59,182 nt of DNA from Candidatus Magasanikbacteria bacterium RIFOXYD1_FULL_40_23. GTDB taxonomy: Bacteria; Patescibacteriota; Patescibacteriia; Magasanikbacterales; GWA2-37-8. Shown here in pieces: positions 9,445 to 19,180 of the stretch. The DNA lies in NCBI GenBank assembly GCA_001783215.1, contig MFRA01000002.1:1-59182 (forward strand), read 5' to 3'. The notes under the pieces were generated by a model, which saw only the letters and a list, made by a program, of their open reading frames with translations, had not been told where the DNA came from and did no database searches. Position numbers and translations under genes: made by a program. Each line of letters begins with the position of its first letter. The first letter of the stretch is position 1.

Positions 9445-11967
9445 ATGGTCAAAGGATCAACCCCACTAAGAAAAATCCAACTTCGGCATTGCGCTATCTG
9501 CCTAAAAGTAGGGCACAACAAATCCACTTGCCCACAACTTTTACATCAAACTAGTCCGCAGACTACTCCAAAAGCAATTCCGGAAGCAAACACCAAATCT
9601 ACGGAACGCCCTCCGCTCAAATTTTTTGTGCACCATGTCCAATATCAAGACCACGAATCCCCTCATTTGGTAGATCTAAAAGAAAACAAAAATCGCTTAT
9701 ACGAAAATATCCAAGCCTCTGCCCCAGAAGAAAACAAAGACGACTTTTATTTCTTTCACGAAAAATCTACCAAGAACGAACCAAAAGTAATCAACCCCTC
9801 TTTTTCACCAAAAAAATCTCTGGCCGAAAAAAATACAGCCCCAGCTCGCCCACTTAGTGCCGCACCAAAAAATAAACAGTCGCTAGGAAGCAAACTATCG
9901 GACAAACTTTCCAACATTAAACTTTCACAATCGGCTTCAGCTATCGCAAACAAGGCGCGCGCAGTTGCCGCCCCCAAGCATCTAGTTGGGGCAATGGCTA
10001 TGATTTTATTTTTGTTGTTTGTACCAGGCAGAGCCCGCACATACTATTTTGATCTTAAATCTACAACCGATAAAGTAGCCGATAGCAGTACGGCTGGCTT
10101 TTCGGCCCTGCACGATTCTACTTCCGCCCTAATGAACGGAAACCTGTCGGGCGCCCAAACATCTCTTACCAATGCTCTACAAAATTTTAATCAGGCTACG
10201 AATATTTTAGACAGCAAATATAGCTTTTTACAAAAAGTAATTTCGGCGGTGCCAATCATGAATAATGAAATGCAAAGCCGACAAAGACTAGTCACTGCTG
10301 GCCAAGAAATATCCCTTGGTAACACATATCTACTAAAAGGACTTTCCGATGTTGGGCAAAGCAAACTTAGTATTACCAAAAACATGGCACTAGTTGGCAA
10401 CCACCTAAACTCTTCTCTACCTCACTACCAAACAGCTCAGGATGATTTAAACAACGTAGACTCCGATGTGTTGCCTTTTGAATACCAAGAAACGTTCAAA
10501 GAATTCCGCGTGCTATTTAATGTCTATGTAAAAGATCTAGAAAATCTGGCTAGACTAAACAACTCTGTCCAAGAAATATTTGGCGGACAAGGCTTAAGAC
10601 GCTATTTGCTTATCTTCCAAAATCCAGCCGAAATACGTCCTACTGGCGGGTTTATGGGTAGTTTTGCCATGCTCGATATAAAAAACGGCGAAATAGTTAA
10701 AATAGATATCCCAGCTGGCGGATCATACGATTTACAAGGACAGCTCTCCGAATATGTAGCCCCCCCTACCCCACTACTACTATCCAATAAACGCTGGGAA
10801 TTCCAAGACGCCAATTGGTTCCCAGACTTTGCCGCAAGTGCCGAAAAAATCCTTTGGTTCTATCGCCATAGCCGTAATATTACCGCCGACGGTGTAATAG
10901 CGATTAATGCCGATGTTCTAAACAGATTACTTTCTATAATCGGCCCTGTAGCCGAAGATAATCGAGGTTTAGTATTAGACAAAGCGAATGCTCTAGTTAC
11001 CATACAAGATATCGTAGAGCACGGACCAGAAAAAAAGGCCAACAAACCAAAACAGATTTTATCGGATTTAGCGCCCGTATTTATAGAAAATTTTAAAAAA
11101 ATAAAACCACAGGCAATTTTACCAATCCTAACTAATCTAGAAGAATCCCTACAACAAAAAGAAATCCAAACATACTTTGTCGACGACAACACTCAAAAAA
11201 CTATAAAAGAATTTGGTTGGAGTGGCGAAATTACAAATACCAACCCAGACCAAGATTATCTTTTTGTCGTAAATACCAATATCCAAGGACAAAAAAGCGA
11301 TGCCAGAATAAAACAAAGCATAAGCCATCAAGCAGTAATTCAACCGGACGGCACTATACTAAATAGCGTAGTTATTACTCGAGAGCATACGGGTGACATT
11401 CAAGAAAAATTATACGGCCAAACCAATATTGATTACCTGCGTATTTATGTGCCAGAAGGCAGCGAACTGGTGCGCGCCAGTGGCTTTACTTGGCCGGAAG
11501 AAAGAATGTTTAGAGCGCCAGATGCTTGGTACAAAACAGACACCACTTTATCTAATTTAGAAAAAGAAATTTCTACAGACAGCGAATCTGGCACACGTGT
11601 TACAAATGAATTTGGTAAAACAGCTTTTGGTAATTGGATTATTACTGAACCTGGCCAAACTACCGAAGTTCAATTTATTTACAAACTACCTTTCAAAGCT
11701 TGGGAAGAAAACATCAACTCCAACCTAGATAATTGGGCAAAAATTTTCCAATCCAAAAATTCTATTTCTAAATACCAGCTAATTATTCAAAAGCAATCCG
11801 GCATAAATAGCAATTTTGAAAGCCAGGTAATTTACCCAGAGGGCTGGCTACCAATCTGGCACGACGGCATAGGCCTTACTGCAGCTGCCAATGGCATGTC
11901 TATAAAGACAACCGAACTAGATACAGACAAGATTTGGGGATTGATGATGAAAAAGAGTGATGAATAA
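9445..11967 (+). CDS. DUF4012-domain membrane protein with N-terminal CCHC zinc knuckle
   Basis: YLLIFQNPAEIRPTGGFMG, DANWFPDF, DGVIAI, YLRIYVPEGS; N-terminal CAICLKVGHNKSTC. Confidence 0.85.
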   Translation: MVKGSTPLRKIQLRHCAICLKVGHNKSTCPQLLHQTSPQTTPKAIPEANTKSTERPPLKFFVHHVQYQDHESPHLVDLKENKNRLYENIQASAPEENKDDFYFFHEKSTKNEPKVINPSFSPKKSLAEKNTAPARPLSAAPKNKQSLGSKLSDKLSNIKLSQSASAIANKARAVAAPKHLVGAMAMILFLLFVPGRARTYYFDLKSTTDKVADSSTAGFSALHDSTSALMNGNLSGAQTSLTNALQNFNQATNILDSKYSFLQKVISAVPIMNNEMQSRQRLVTAGQEISLGNTYLLKGLSDVGQSKLSITKNMALVGNHLNSSLPHYQTAQDDLNNVDSDVLPFEYQETFKEFRVLFNVYVKDLENLARLNNSVQEIFGGQGLRRYLLIFQNPAEIRPTGGFMGSFAMLDIKNGEIVKIDIPAGGSYDLQGQLSEYVAPPTPLLLSNKRWEFQDANWFPDFAASAEKILWFYRHSRNITADGVIAINADVLNRLLSIIGPVAEDNRGLVLDKANALVTIQDIVEHGPEKKANKPKQILSDLAPVFIENFKKIKPQAILPILTNLEESLQQKEIQTYFVDDNTQKTIKEFGWSGEITNTNPDQDYLFVVNTNIQGQKSDARIKQSISHQAVIQPDGTILNSVVITREHTGDIQEKLYGQTNIDYLRIYVPEGSELVRASGFTWPEERMFRAPDAWYKTDTTLSNLEKEISTDSESGTRVTNEFGKTAFGNWIITEPGQTTEVQFIYKLPFKAWEENINSNLDNWAKIFQSKNSISKYQLIIQKQSGINSNFESQVIYPEGWLPIWHDGIGLTAAANGMSIKTTELDTDKIWGLMMKKSDE

Positions 11968-11992
11968 CTTACTAATTTAAAATTTTACTTTT

Positions 11993-13915
11993 ATGTCTGA
12001 AGAGCCATCCTTTTCTACCAAACCACTTTCCGATGAACCAGAAAACAAACCCAAGAAACCAAGCCGTAAAAAACGCTCACCCGAGACAAGCTCTTCTTCA
12101 AGAGAAAACATAAAACAAACTAAAATTTCCAAACAATTAACCCAGATTTACCAAGACGACCAGGGTCATTTGCCAGATATGAAAAAAATTAAAATTAAAA
12201 AGAACCATTCTGGTTTCAAGACATTTTTGGGCGTAATTTTTGTAGGTGGGCTGCTCGCCGCCACCGCTTGGGCTGGATTTTTTTTCATGCCTAGCGATCA
12301 AAAATTTTCAGAAGAAAAAGTTGAACTTCGCGTAAACGGACCTACCTATGTAACTGCCGGCACCACTACCACCTACAAAATATCTTACGAAAACAAACAA
12401 AATTTAACTCTCAAAAAATTAACTCTAAACATACAGTACCCAGAAGGTTTTGTATTCTTATCCAGTGATGTAGAAGCAAAAAACTCCGGCCACACCGAAT
12501 GGAACCTGGGAGAAATCGCTGCTGGAAAAAAGAAAGAGATTTCTATCACTGGTATTTCCTATGGATCCATAAGCCAAAAACAATCCTGGAGATCTTTCCT
12601 AAAATATAAACCGGAAAATTTTGAATCCGAATTACAAAAAGCGGCTATTTTGGATGTAACTGTAGATAAATCCCCTTTTTCTCTGACAGTAAACGGATCA
12701 AACAAAACCTTGGTTGGTAATGCTTCCGAATATACGTTTGCAGTTAAAAGAGAACAAACTTCCGCTATAAACAAACTAGAATTAAAACCATCTTGGCCGA
12801 AAAATTTTGTGATCACCTCTACCTCTCTACCCCTAACCAAAGACTTTAAATGGATCATTGAACCAAATAAAAAATTGTCCGCAACTTCTTCTGCCCCAGA
12901 TAGCTGGACATTCAAACTCACAGGCAACTTTACTGGCAGTGCCAGCGGTACTGTTCTCCAAGATAACTCTGGAGAAATATCCGGATCGCTTATCACTATA
13001 GCTAACAATAAAACCTTTAACCTAACGGACAACAAAATCACTACCCAGTTGGCACAAAACGACCTAAATTTTAACCTTGCTATTAACGGCTCTTTATCCA
13101 ACTTCAACACTCAACCCGGAGAAGACTTAAACATTACCATCTCATTAAAAAACCAAAGTAAAGGCGACCTACAAAACGCCACTCTTAAACTAAGCTTGGT
13201 TGGTCCCGCCATTAAAAAAACAACCTTGCTTGATTGGTCCAAAATAGAAGACCAATACGATGGCGACATCCAAGGAAAACAAATTACTGACAACTTACGC
13301 AAAGGTGAAATTACCTGGGGCAAAAGTAAAATTTCGTCTCTAGCCAAAATAGCTGGCGGTAAAGAAATTAGCTTGGATATTAAGCTGCCAATAAAAGATT
13401 CCTCCTCTATCAACCTATCCGATCTAGCCACCTCTTCTCAAATCACAGTGGTAGCAGACATAAGCTTCAAAGATGAAGCAAATGTTGTTCATAACTTTTC
13501 TAGCAACCAGATAATTATCGCCGTTAATTCTGATCTTAAATTTGATACTCGCGATACTGTCTCACCATCTGGCAAAGGCGAAAAACACCAACTAAATTGG
13601 GTGGTAACCAATAATTTCCATCCTTTGAAAAATCTGGTTCTATCTGCCGAAGTATATGGTGATGTGAATGTAGAATTACCAACTCCAATACCGGCAGGCA
13701 CAGCTAACTTTAACCCACAAACCAAAAAAATTACCTGGACTATTTCGGAAATGCCAGAAAGCGTAGACGTGCTGGCACTGCCAATCACTATTATCCTGAA
13801 TAAAATTAACCCTACACAAGCGCTACTCGTGTCCAAAGTTCATGTAGAAGCCGACGATACTGTTACCAGAGAAAAGCTTGATTTTATGGGAGATGAAATA
13901 AAATTTAGCAGATAA
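11993..13915 (+). CDS. Single-pass membrane protein with beta-sandwich (DUF11-like) extracellular domains
   Basis: Basic N-terminus, one TM helix, TYKISYEN/YPEGF/WNLGEI beta-rich modules. Confidence 0.7.
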   Translation: MSEEPSFSTKPLSDEPENKPKKPSRKKRSPETSSSSRENIKQTKISKQLTQIYQDDQGHLPDMKKIKIKKNHSGFKTFLGVIFVGGLLAATAWAGFFFMPSDQKFSEEKVELRVNGPTYVTAGTTTTYKISYENKQNLTLKKLTLNIQYPEGFVFLSSDVEAKNSGHTEWNLGEIAAGKKKEISITGISYGSISQKQSWRSFLKYKPENFESELQKAAILDVTVDKSPFSLTVNGSNKTLVGNASEYTFAVKREQTSAINKLELKPSWPKNFVITSTSLPLTKDFKWIIEPNKKLSATSSAPDSWTFKLTGNFTGSASGTVLQDNSGEISGSLITIANNKTFNLTDNKITTQLAQNDLNFNLAINGSLSNFNTQPGEDLNITISLKNQSKGDLQNATLKLSLVGPAIKKTTLLDWSKIEDQYDGDIQGKQITDNLRKGEITWGKSKISSLAKIAGGKEISLDIKLPIKDSSSINLSDLATSSQITVVADISFKDEANVVHNFSSNQIIIAVNSDLKFDTRDTVSPSGKGEKHQLNWVVTNNFHPLKNLVLSAEVYGDVNVELPTPIPAGTANFNPQTKKITWTISEMPESVDVLALPITIILNKINPTQALLVSKVHVEADDTVTREKLDFMGDEIKFSR

Positions 13916-13916
13916 A

Positions 13917-14843
13917 CTACCTGTTCAAAAATTCTTCAAATACAGATTTGGCTAAATCCAAGTCTGTATTTTTTATCCATTTTATTCTTTTATCACGTTT
14001 AAACCAGGTCATCTGTCTCTTGGCATAACGCTTCGTATCTCGTTTCAACACTTCTACCGCCTCTTCCAAAGTCATTTCTCCTCGCAAATAATACCCAATT
14101 TGCTTGTACCCAATACCGCTCATACTAGGAAGATTCCAGCCCAACCCAAGTTCAACCAACTTTTTAGCCTCTTCTACCAAACCATCTTTAATCTGCCTAT
14201 CTACGCGACTATCGATACGCTTGTCCAATTCTTCTTTATTAATATCTATTCCAATCTGCAAAGCATTGTACAAAGGCTTGGATTGCGTTCTTTGACTAAC
14301 AAAAGACTGGCCGCTAGAAATAGCCACCTCCAATGCCCTTAATACTCGACGCGGATTTTTTAAATCTATTTTTTCTACACTCTCCGGATCTCTTTCTTGC
14401 AACATGGCTACCAATTCTGATAGATCCTTTTTTTCTAAATCACTCCTCAACTCTAAATTTGGTTTTGTTTTTGGTATATCCAAATTATCTACTATCGCCC
14501 ATATATATAAACCTGTTCCCCCAACAATTATTGGCAACTTATTTCTGGCCAAAATATCTTGGATACAATCTGTAGCCATAGCTTTAAAATCTGCCAAACT
14601 AAAATCTTGACCCGGGTTTGCTATGTCTACAATATGGTGGGGCACACCCTCTACCAAAAATACCTCTTTTTTCCACTCTCCCCTTGGTTTAGCTGTCCCA
14701 ATATCCATTTTTTTATACACCTGCCTGGAGTCTGCCGAAATGATTTCTCCATTAAATTGTTTGGCCAACACCAAACCAAGATCTGTTTTACCAGATGCAG
14801 TAGGCCCGAGAATAACAGCTATTTTTGGCAGATTGTTTTGCAT
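13917..14843 (-). CDS. miaA: tRNA dimethylallyltransferase
   Basis: GPTASGKT, SADSRQVY, DIGTAKP, VGGTGLY, YAKRQMTWF. Confidence 0.97.
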   Translation of the reverse strand: MQNNLPKIAVILGPTASGKTDLGLVLAKQFNGEIISADSRQVYKKMDIGTAKPRGEWKKEVFLVEGVPHHIVDIANPGQDFSLADFKAMATDCIQDILARNKLPIIVGGTGLYIWAIVDNLDIPKTKPNLELRSDLEKKDLSELVAMLQERDPESVEKIDLKNPRRVLRALEVAISSGQSFVSQRTQSKPLYNALQIGIDINKEELDKRIDSRVDRQIKDGLVEEAKKLVELGLGWNLPSMSGIGYKQIGYYLRGEMTLEEAVEVLKRDTKRYAKRQMTWFKRDKRIKWIKNTDLDLAKSVFEEFLNR

Positions 14844-14898
14844 ACACTAGGAATAAAAAACATCCATTTTATACTTAGGATGTTTTTTACCAGCTATT

Positions 14899-15132
14899 TT
14901 AATTTAAATCATCTTCACTTTCCGTAAAGCCTTCATATCCACTTTCGGCTATTTTCAGTGCTTCTTTTGCATCCTCGTTAGTAATTCTAGTTACTGTTTG
15001 ATCAACAATTTCTATTGCATTACTTTTTTTCTTAGCCACAGGCTTTCCGACGTCAGCTTTAAGCTCCGCTCTCGTATCCCTAATTTGTTTTGATCTTTCT
15101 AAACCTGCTCTTATTTGACGACCTTCTGCCAT
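14899..15132 (-). CDS. Hypothetical small charged protein
   Basis: Likely start MAEGRQ at 15132; followed by a terminator-like hairpin at 14853-14889. Confidence 0.55.
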   Translation of the reverse strand: MAEGRQIRAGLERSKQIRDTRAELKADVGKPVAKKKSNAIEIVDQTVTRITNEDAKEALKIAESGYEGFTESEDDLN

Positions 15133-15304
15133 ATGCTTAATATAGAAATTAAAAAAACTTACAATAACTATTGTACCATATTTTGGTTGTTTTGTCAATA
15201 CTTTTTTGCCTTATTTTGGCTAATTTTAGCCTAAATTATAAAGGTCTAGGCACTCTCTTTGCCTAGACCATAAAACCAAGCCCTCCCCTTCATTTGCGGT
15301 CACG

Positions 15305-15550
15305 TTACCTACACCTACGGTTTGGGTTATATTCCCTACATCCCGGATTTTGGCAAAGCCATTTCCGACACTGAAAACATTTTGGCACAAAACGACTATC
15401 CATAGTGCCTGCACACGCTGCGCAAAAAGTATATTTCCATCTAGTATCACACTTGACGCACTGCAATATTGTAAAACCATTCTCTGGAACTTCGTTGCAC
15501 TTTCTTGCCTCACTCCCACACAGGCATACTTTCAATGCTGTACTAGCCAT
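15305..15550 (-). CDS. Small Cys-rich putative zinc-binding protein
   Basis: 12 Cys in 81 aa including three CxxC; GGGGAGGG SD. Confidence 0.65.
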   Translation of the reverse strand: MASTALKVCLCGSEARKCNEVPENGFTILQCVKCDTRWKYTFCAACAGTMDSRFVPKCFQCRKWLCQNPGCREYNPNRRCR

Positions 15551-15647
15551 AACCCTCCCCTTTATTTAATACATTCAACCATTCTCAAAACAAAAAGTCA
15601 ATCAAAAAACCAACGTAAATTACGTTGATTTTTTTAACCTATTTAAT

Positions 15648-17399
15648 TTAATACTTTCTTTCTTTTATTTCTTCCAAAACTTTCTGCACAAATTCCTCCT
15701 TAGTCATTTTTATCTGATCTTTCTCGCCTCTTACCCGTATCATCCAAGGCTCTCCACCCAACTCTTTATCTCCTACCACTACAATGTAAGGAATCTTTTG
15801 CCCCACAGCTTTGCGAACCTTATTCCCCATAGTTTCGTCGGCCTCATCTATACCCACGCGAATCCCTGCGTCGGATAACTCTTTGAGCAATAACCTGGCT
15901 CCATCTACATGCTTAGATGAAACTGGTGCTAAATGTACCTGCACTGGAGAAACCCAAACTGGAAACGCGCCGGCATGGTGCTCTATAAGAATAGATAAAA
16001 ATCTTTCAATTGAACCCATAATAGCAGCGTGCACCATAACGATTCTTTCTTTTTCTCCTTGCTCGTTTGTGCAAACCAAATCAAACCGCTCCGGTTGATT
16101 ACGATCTATTTGGATAGTAGCCACTTGCCACTGACGACCAATAGAATCTTTGGCCATAAAATCTATTTTCGGTCCATACATAGCAGCTTCACCAATTGCT
16201 TCAAAAGCTTCTACACCTCTTTCTTTTACCAATTCCCGCAATTGCTTTTCTGTACTCTCCCAAACTTCTTTGGTACCTAAATAATTTTCAAACTTAGCTG
16301 GGTCATGCAAAGACAATCTCACTCGCAATTCATTAAACCCAACTGCTTTATAGAATATTTCTATAATATCCCAAATCCTAAACATCTCTTCTTTCACCTG
16401 GGATTCACGACAAAATACGTGCGCATCATCTTGGGTAAACCCGCGCACACGAGAAAGCCCATGAAGCTCTCCACTCTGTTCATCGCGATAGCACATTGTT
16501 GTTTCTGCATAACGCTGTGGCAAATCACGGTAGCTTCGCGCTATATGATTATATATCTGAGTATGATGCGGGCAGTTCATTGGTTTCATCGCAAACTCAT
16601 GCCCTTCACGAGTAGTAATTTTAAATAAATCATTTTTAAATTTATCCCAGTGCCCACTTTTTTCGTACAATTCTTTTTTTGTAATATGAGGAATAGAAAC
16701 TTTTTCATAGCCACGCTCTTTGCGAAGCTGCTGCACAAAATCATCCAATGTATTTCGTAGTAATGTGCCCTTAGGTGTCCACAGAGCCAACCCAGGCCCA
16801 ACCAAATCGGAAAAGGTAAATAAGTCCAACTCCGCTCCCAATTTGCGATGGTCTCTCTTTTTGGCTTCTTCTAACCTTAGTAAATGAGAGTCCAATTCTT
16901 CTTTGGTAGAAAAAAGAAGTCCGTAAATACGAGTAAGAGTGGCATTTTTTTCATCACCTCTCCAATAAGCCCCCGCTACTCTGTGCAATTTTAATGCGTC
17001 GGCTGGAATTTCTTTTGTGTTGTTTACATGGCCACCTCGGCACAGATCCTTAAACGGACCGGATTCATATATAGTTAGTTCTTTGTCTTCGCCCGCGAAC
17101 TCTCGGATTAATTCTAATTTAAACGGCTGATCTTTTTCTTCGGCCTCCGCTTCGGCAGCAGATACCTTTCTGCCCACAAAATTGTGGTGACCTTTTATTA
17201 TACTTTTCATCTTGGTTTCGATTTGTTCTAAATCACTCTCTGACACTACTTGGCCAGCCGGAAAAAGAAAATCATAATAAAAACCATCCTCGATAGTAGG
17301 GCCGATACCCAATTTGGTGCCTGGATACAATTCTAAAACTGCAGCAGCGAGCATATGGGCGGCAGAGTGACGAATACTATCTAAATTTTCTTGATTCAT
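15648..17399 (-). CDS. thrS: Threonyl-tRNA synthetase
   Basis: RHSAAH, DLCRGGH, RDHRKLG, KPMNCPHH, QDDAH, HAAIMGSIERF. Confidence 0.98.
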   Translation of the reverse strand: MNQENLDSIRHSAAHMLAAAVLELYPGTKLGIGPTIEDGFYYDFLFPAGQVVSESDLEQIETKMKSIIKGHHNFVGRKVSAAEAEAEEKDQPFKLELIREFAGEDKELTIYESGPFKDLCRGGHVNNTKEIPADALKLHRVAGAYWRGDEKNATLTRIYGLLFSTKEELDSHLLRLEEAKKRDHRKLGAELDLFTFSDLVGPGLALWTPKGTLLRNTLDDFVQQLRKERGYEKVSIPHITKKELYEKSGHWDKFKNDLFKITTREGHEFAMKPMNCPHHTQIYNHIARSYRDLPQRYAETTMCYRDEQSGELHGLSRVRGFTQDDAHVFCRESQVKEEMFRIWDIIEIFYKAVGFNELRVRLSLHDPAKFENYLGTKEVWESTEKQLRELVKERGVEAFEAIGEAAMYGPKIDFMAKDSIGRQWQVATIQIDRNQPERFDLVCTNEQGEKERIVMVHAAIMGSIERFLSILIEHHAGAFPVWVSPVQVHLAPVSSKHVDGARLLLKELSDAGIRVGIDEADETMGNKVRKAVGQKIPYIVVVGDKELGGEPWMIRVRGEKDQIKMTKEEFVQKVLEEIKERKY

Positions 17400-17480
17400 A
17401 TTTGAAATGAAAGAGGAAATAAATGAGCTTGCTTATTTATTTCCGAATGAATGAAAATATATGTGGCGAAGCCCCTATAC
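17397..17480 (-). repeat. Repeat family B copy (start-codon-abutting element) before thrS
   Basis: Minus strand gtataggggcttcgccacatatat...hairpin...catttcaaatATG; homologous to 24459 and 25969. Confidence 0.8.
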
Positions 17481-17504
17481 GATTTAATTTATTATTAATT
17501 TAAA

Positions 17505-17728
17505 CAAAAAGACCCCGTTGCGCACTATTATAAACAAATAACGCACATCGGGGTCTCTAGCATTTTTGCCAAGGACGGTTCCACCCGAAATTTAACTTTT
17601 TACCCCGTTAAATTCTGCCTTTGGCAGACCCGCTTTGCAGGTATTTAACAGGGTGAATTTGATTTGCAAGCGCTCCGAGAGTGGTACCATATCTTTTCAA
17701 ACTGGGCTGGCTCTCGTACTACCGCGCT
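17505..17728 (-). promoter_or_regulatory. T-box riboswitch (Thr) upstream of thrS
   Basis: AATTTCGGG-TGGAACC-GTC...GACCCCG antiterminator; overlapping terminator AGACCCCG...CGGGGTCT-TTTTG; candidate ACC specifier at 17685-17683; promoter TTGACA-N17-TAGTAT at 17763-17735. Confidence 0.8.
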
Positions 17729-17764
17729 AAAACTATACTAAAATAATCCAAATTATTTGTCAAA

Positions 17765-17900
17765 CCCCGTAGAGATACGCCCGAGCAAATTGGCTTATCG
17801 CGAAGTTTGTTTATATTCATTATTAAAATGAGCGCGTACAAATTACAGAGATTCCCTAATTTACAATTTGCACAAGCGATTCGGGCGTACTTCTACGGGG
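17765..17900. repeat. REP-like palindromic element (CCCCGT...ACGGGG family)
   Basis: ccccgtagagatacgcccga ... tcgggcgtacttctacgggg inverted ends. Confidence 0.7.
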
Positions 17901-17905
17901 CAAAC

Positions 17906-19051
17906 TTATTCTACGTTCTTTACTACTACCTGAACCTTTTCGGCTACAGATGGGGCGGATCTCATCCAGCCTGGAGAAAACTTAACATCTACCCCTACCA
18001 CATGTCCTAAACCAAACACATACCTTTCAATCTCATCTTTCTTTTTTCCAAAGAAATTATTTACCATCAATTTTTCTCCGTTAACGTCTAGGGTTACCAA
18101 AACATCTTGGTATACAGATAATTGTCCTTTTTGTTTTTCTATATCATAACTACCCAAAGTAACTTGTGGTTCTTTGCTTACAGACAAGACTTTCTCGGTA
18201 CTTGCATCTACACGATCAGATACTTCTTTGGCCAAAATTGATTTAAGGTCATCTTTGTTATAATAAACAATCACAACTGTGCTGGTGCCAGATAAATTAA
18301 ATTCGGTTATCTCTTCTCCTATTTGTCTATCTACCGCCACATTATTGTCTGGAACAAAAATTAATTTTTGACCAAAAGACCCGGCATCTTCTAAAGATTC
18401 CTCTACTGTTTGTTTCACTTTATTGGCAAAGTCAGATTTTGCAGATTTTAAATCCTCGGCACTTAACACACCTATTGTTCTTACGCCTCCAGACATCTCT
18501 TTGTTGCTGCTAGCATAAATAACTTTTTGTTTATCTTCTGCCAAACCAGGAATAGTAAATTTACTAGCAGATATGTTGCCACTTGCACCTAATTGATCTG
18601 CATAAACAGACGCCTGAACTTGGCCTTTGGCAGGGATAGATACTCTGTCGGACAAACGGAACAGAACTCCTGCTGAAGTGAGTAATCTGGTGGTCTTAAC
18701 TAATGTTTGAGGAGCGTTTGTTTCGTTAAATAATGTAACTTCACCTGTGGCTATGCCATCGGTAGTCTTGTTGCCAGTCGGAGAATACTTTTGTGATAAA
18801 TGAAATTTGGTAGTTGTAACAATACCCACAATAGAAAGGTCGCCAGTTTTTTGATTGGCTACACCAATATCTAAATTTATATTTTTATTGTCTGTTTTTG
18901 CAACTATAACAATAGTAGCTTTTTTGGAAGTAAAAAATATAATAACACCCAACAAAAGAAGGGTAACAATTAAAAATGTAACAGCAATAGTGCGGTAAAA
19001 TCGTACTGGGGGCTCTGGCGCCAATCTGGTGGCAACTCGATGGGTGATCAT
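17906..19051 (-). CDS. Membrane-anchored protein with baseplate-J-like domain (type common in CPR)
   Basis: N-terminal TM; ATGEVTLFN..QTLVKTTRL..GVLFRL..VYADQLGASGNI. Confidence 0.65.
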   Translation of the reverse strand: MITHRVATRLAPEPPVRFYRTIAVTFLIVTLLLLGVIIFFTSKKATIVIVAKTDNKNINLDIGVANQKTGDLSIVGIVTTTKFHLSQKYSPTGNKTTDGIATGEVTLFNETNAPQTLVKTTRLLTSAGVLFRLSDRVSIPAKGQVQASVYADQLGASGNISASKFTIPGLAEDKQKVIYASSNKEMSGGVRTIGVLSAEDLKSAKSDFANKVKQTVEESLEDAGSFGQKLIFVPDNNVAVDRQIGEEITEFNLSGTSTVVIVYYNKDDLKSILAKEVSDRVDASTEKVLSVSKEPQVTLGSYDIEKQKGQLSVYQDVLVTLDVNGEKLMVNNFFGKKKDEIERYVFGLGHVVGVDVKFSPGWMRSAPSVAEKVQVVVKNVE

Positions 19052-19180
19052 AGGTACAACACAAACTAAACTTAAATAGGAGTTTTTCTTCTAAAAATAT
19101 TATATCACAAAAACGGCAATTCAACTAACCTATCTTTAAGCAAAGGAACTGTGTATAAGTTAGACTGATTTACAAAGATT

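Noticed and set aside
17906-19051. Phage or contractile injection system from the baseplate-J-like domain
   Set aside because: Lone TM-anchored gene with no sheath, tube or other tail genes nearby
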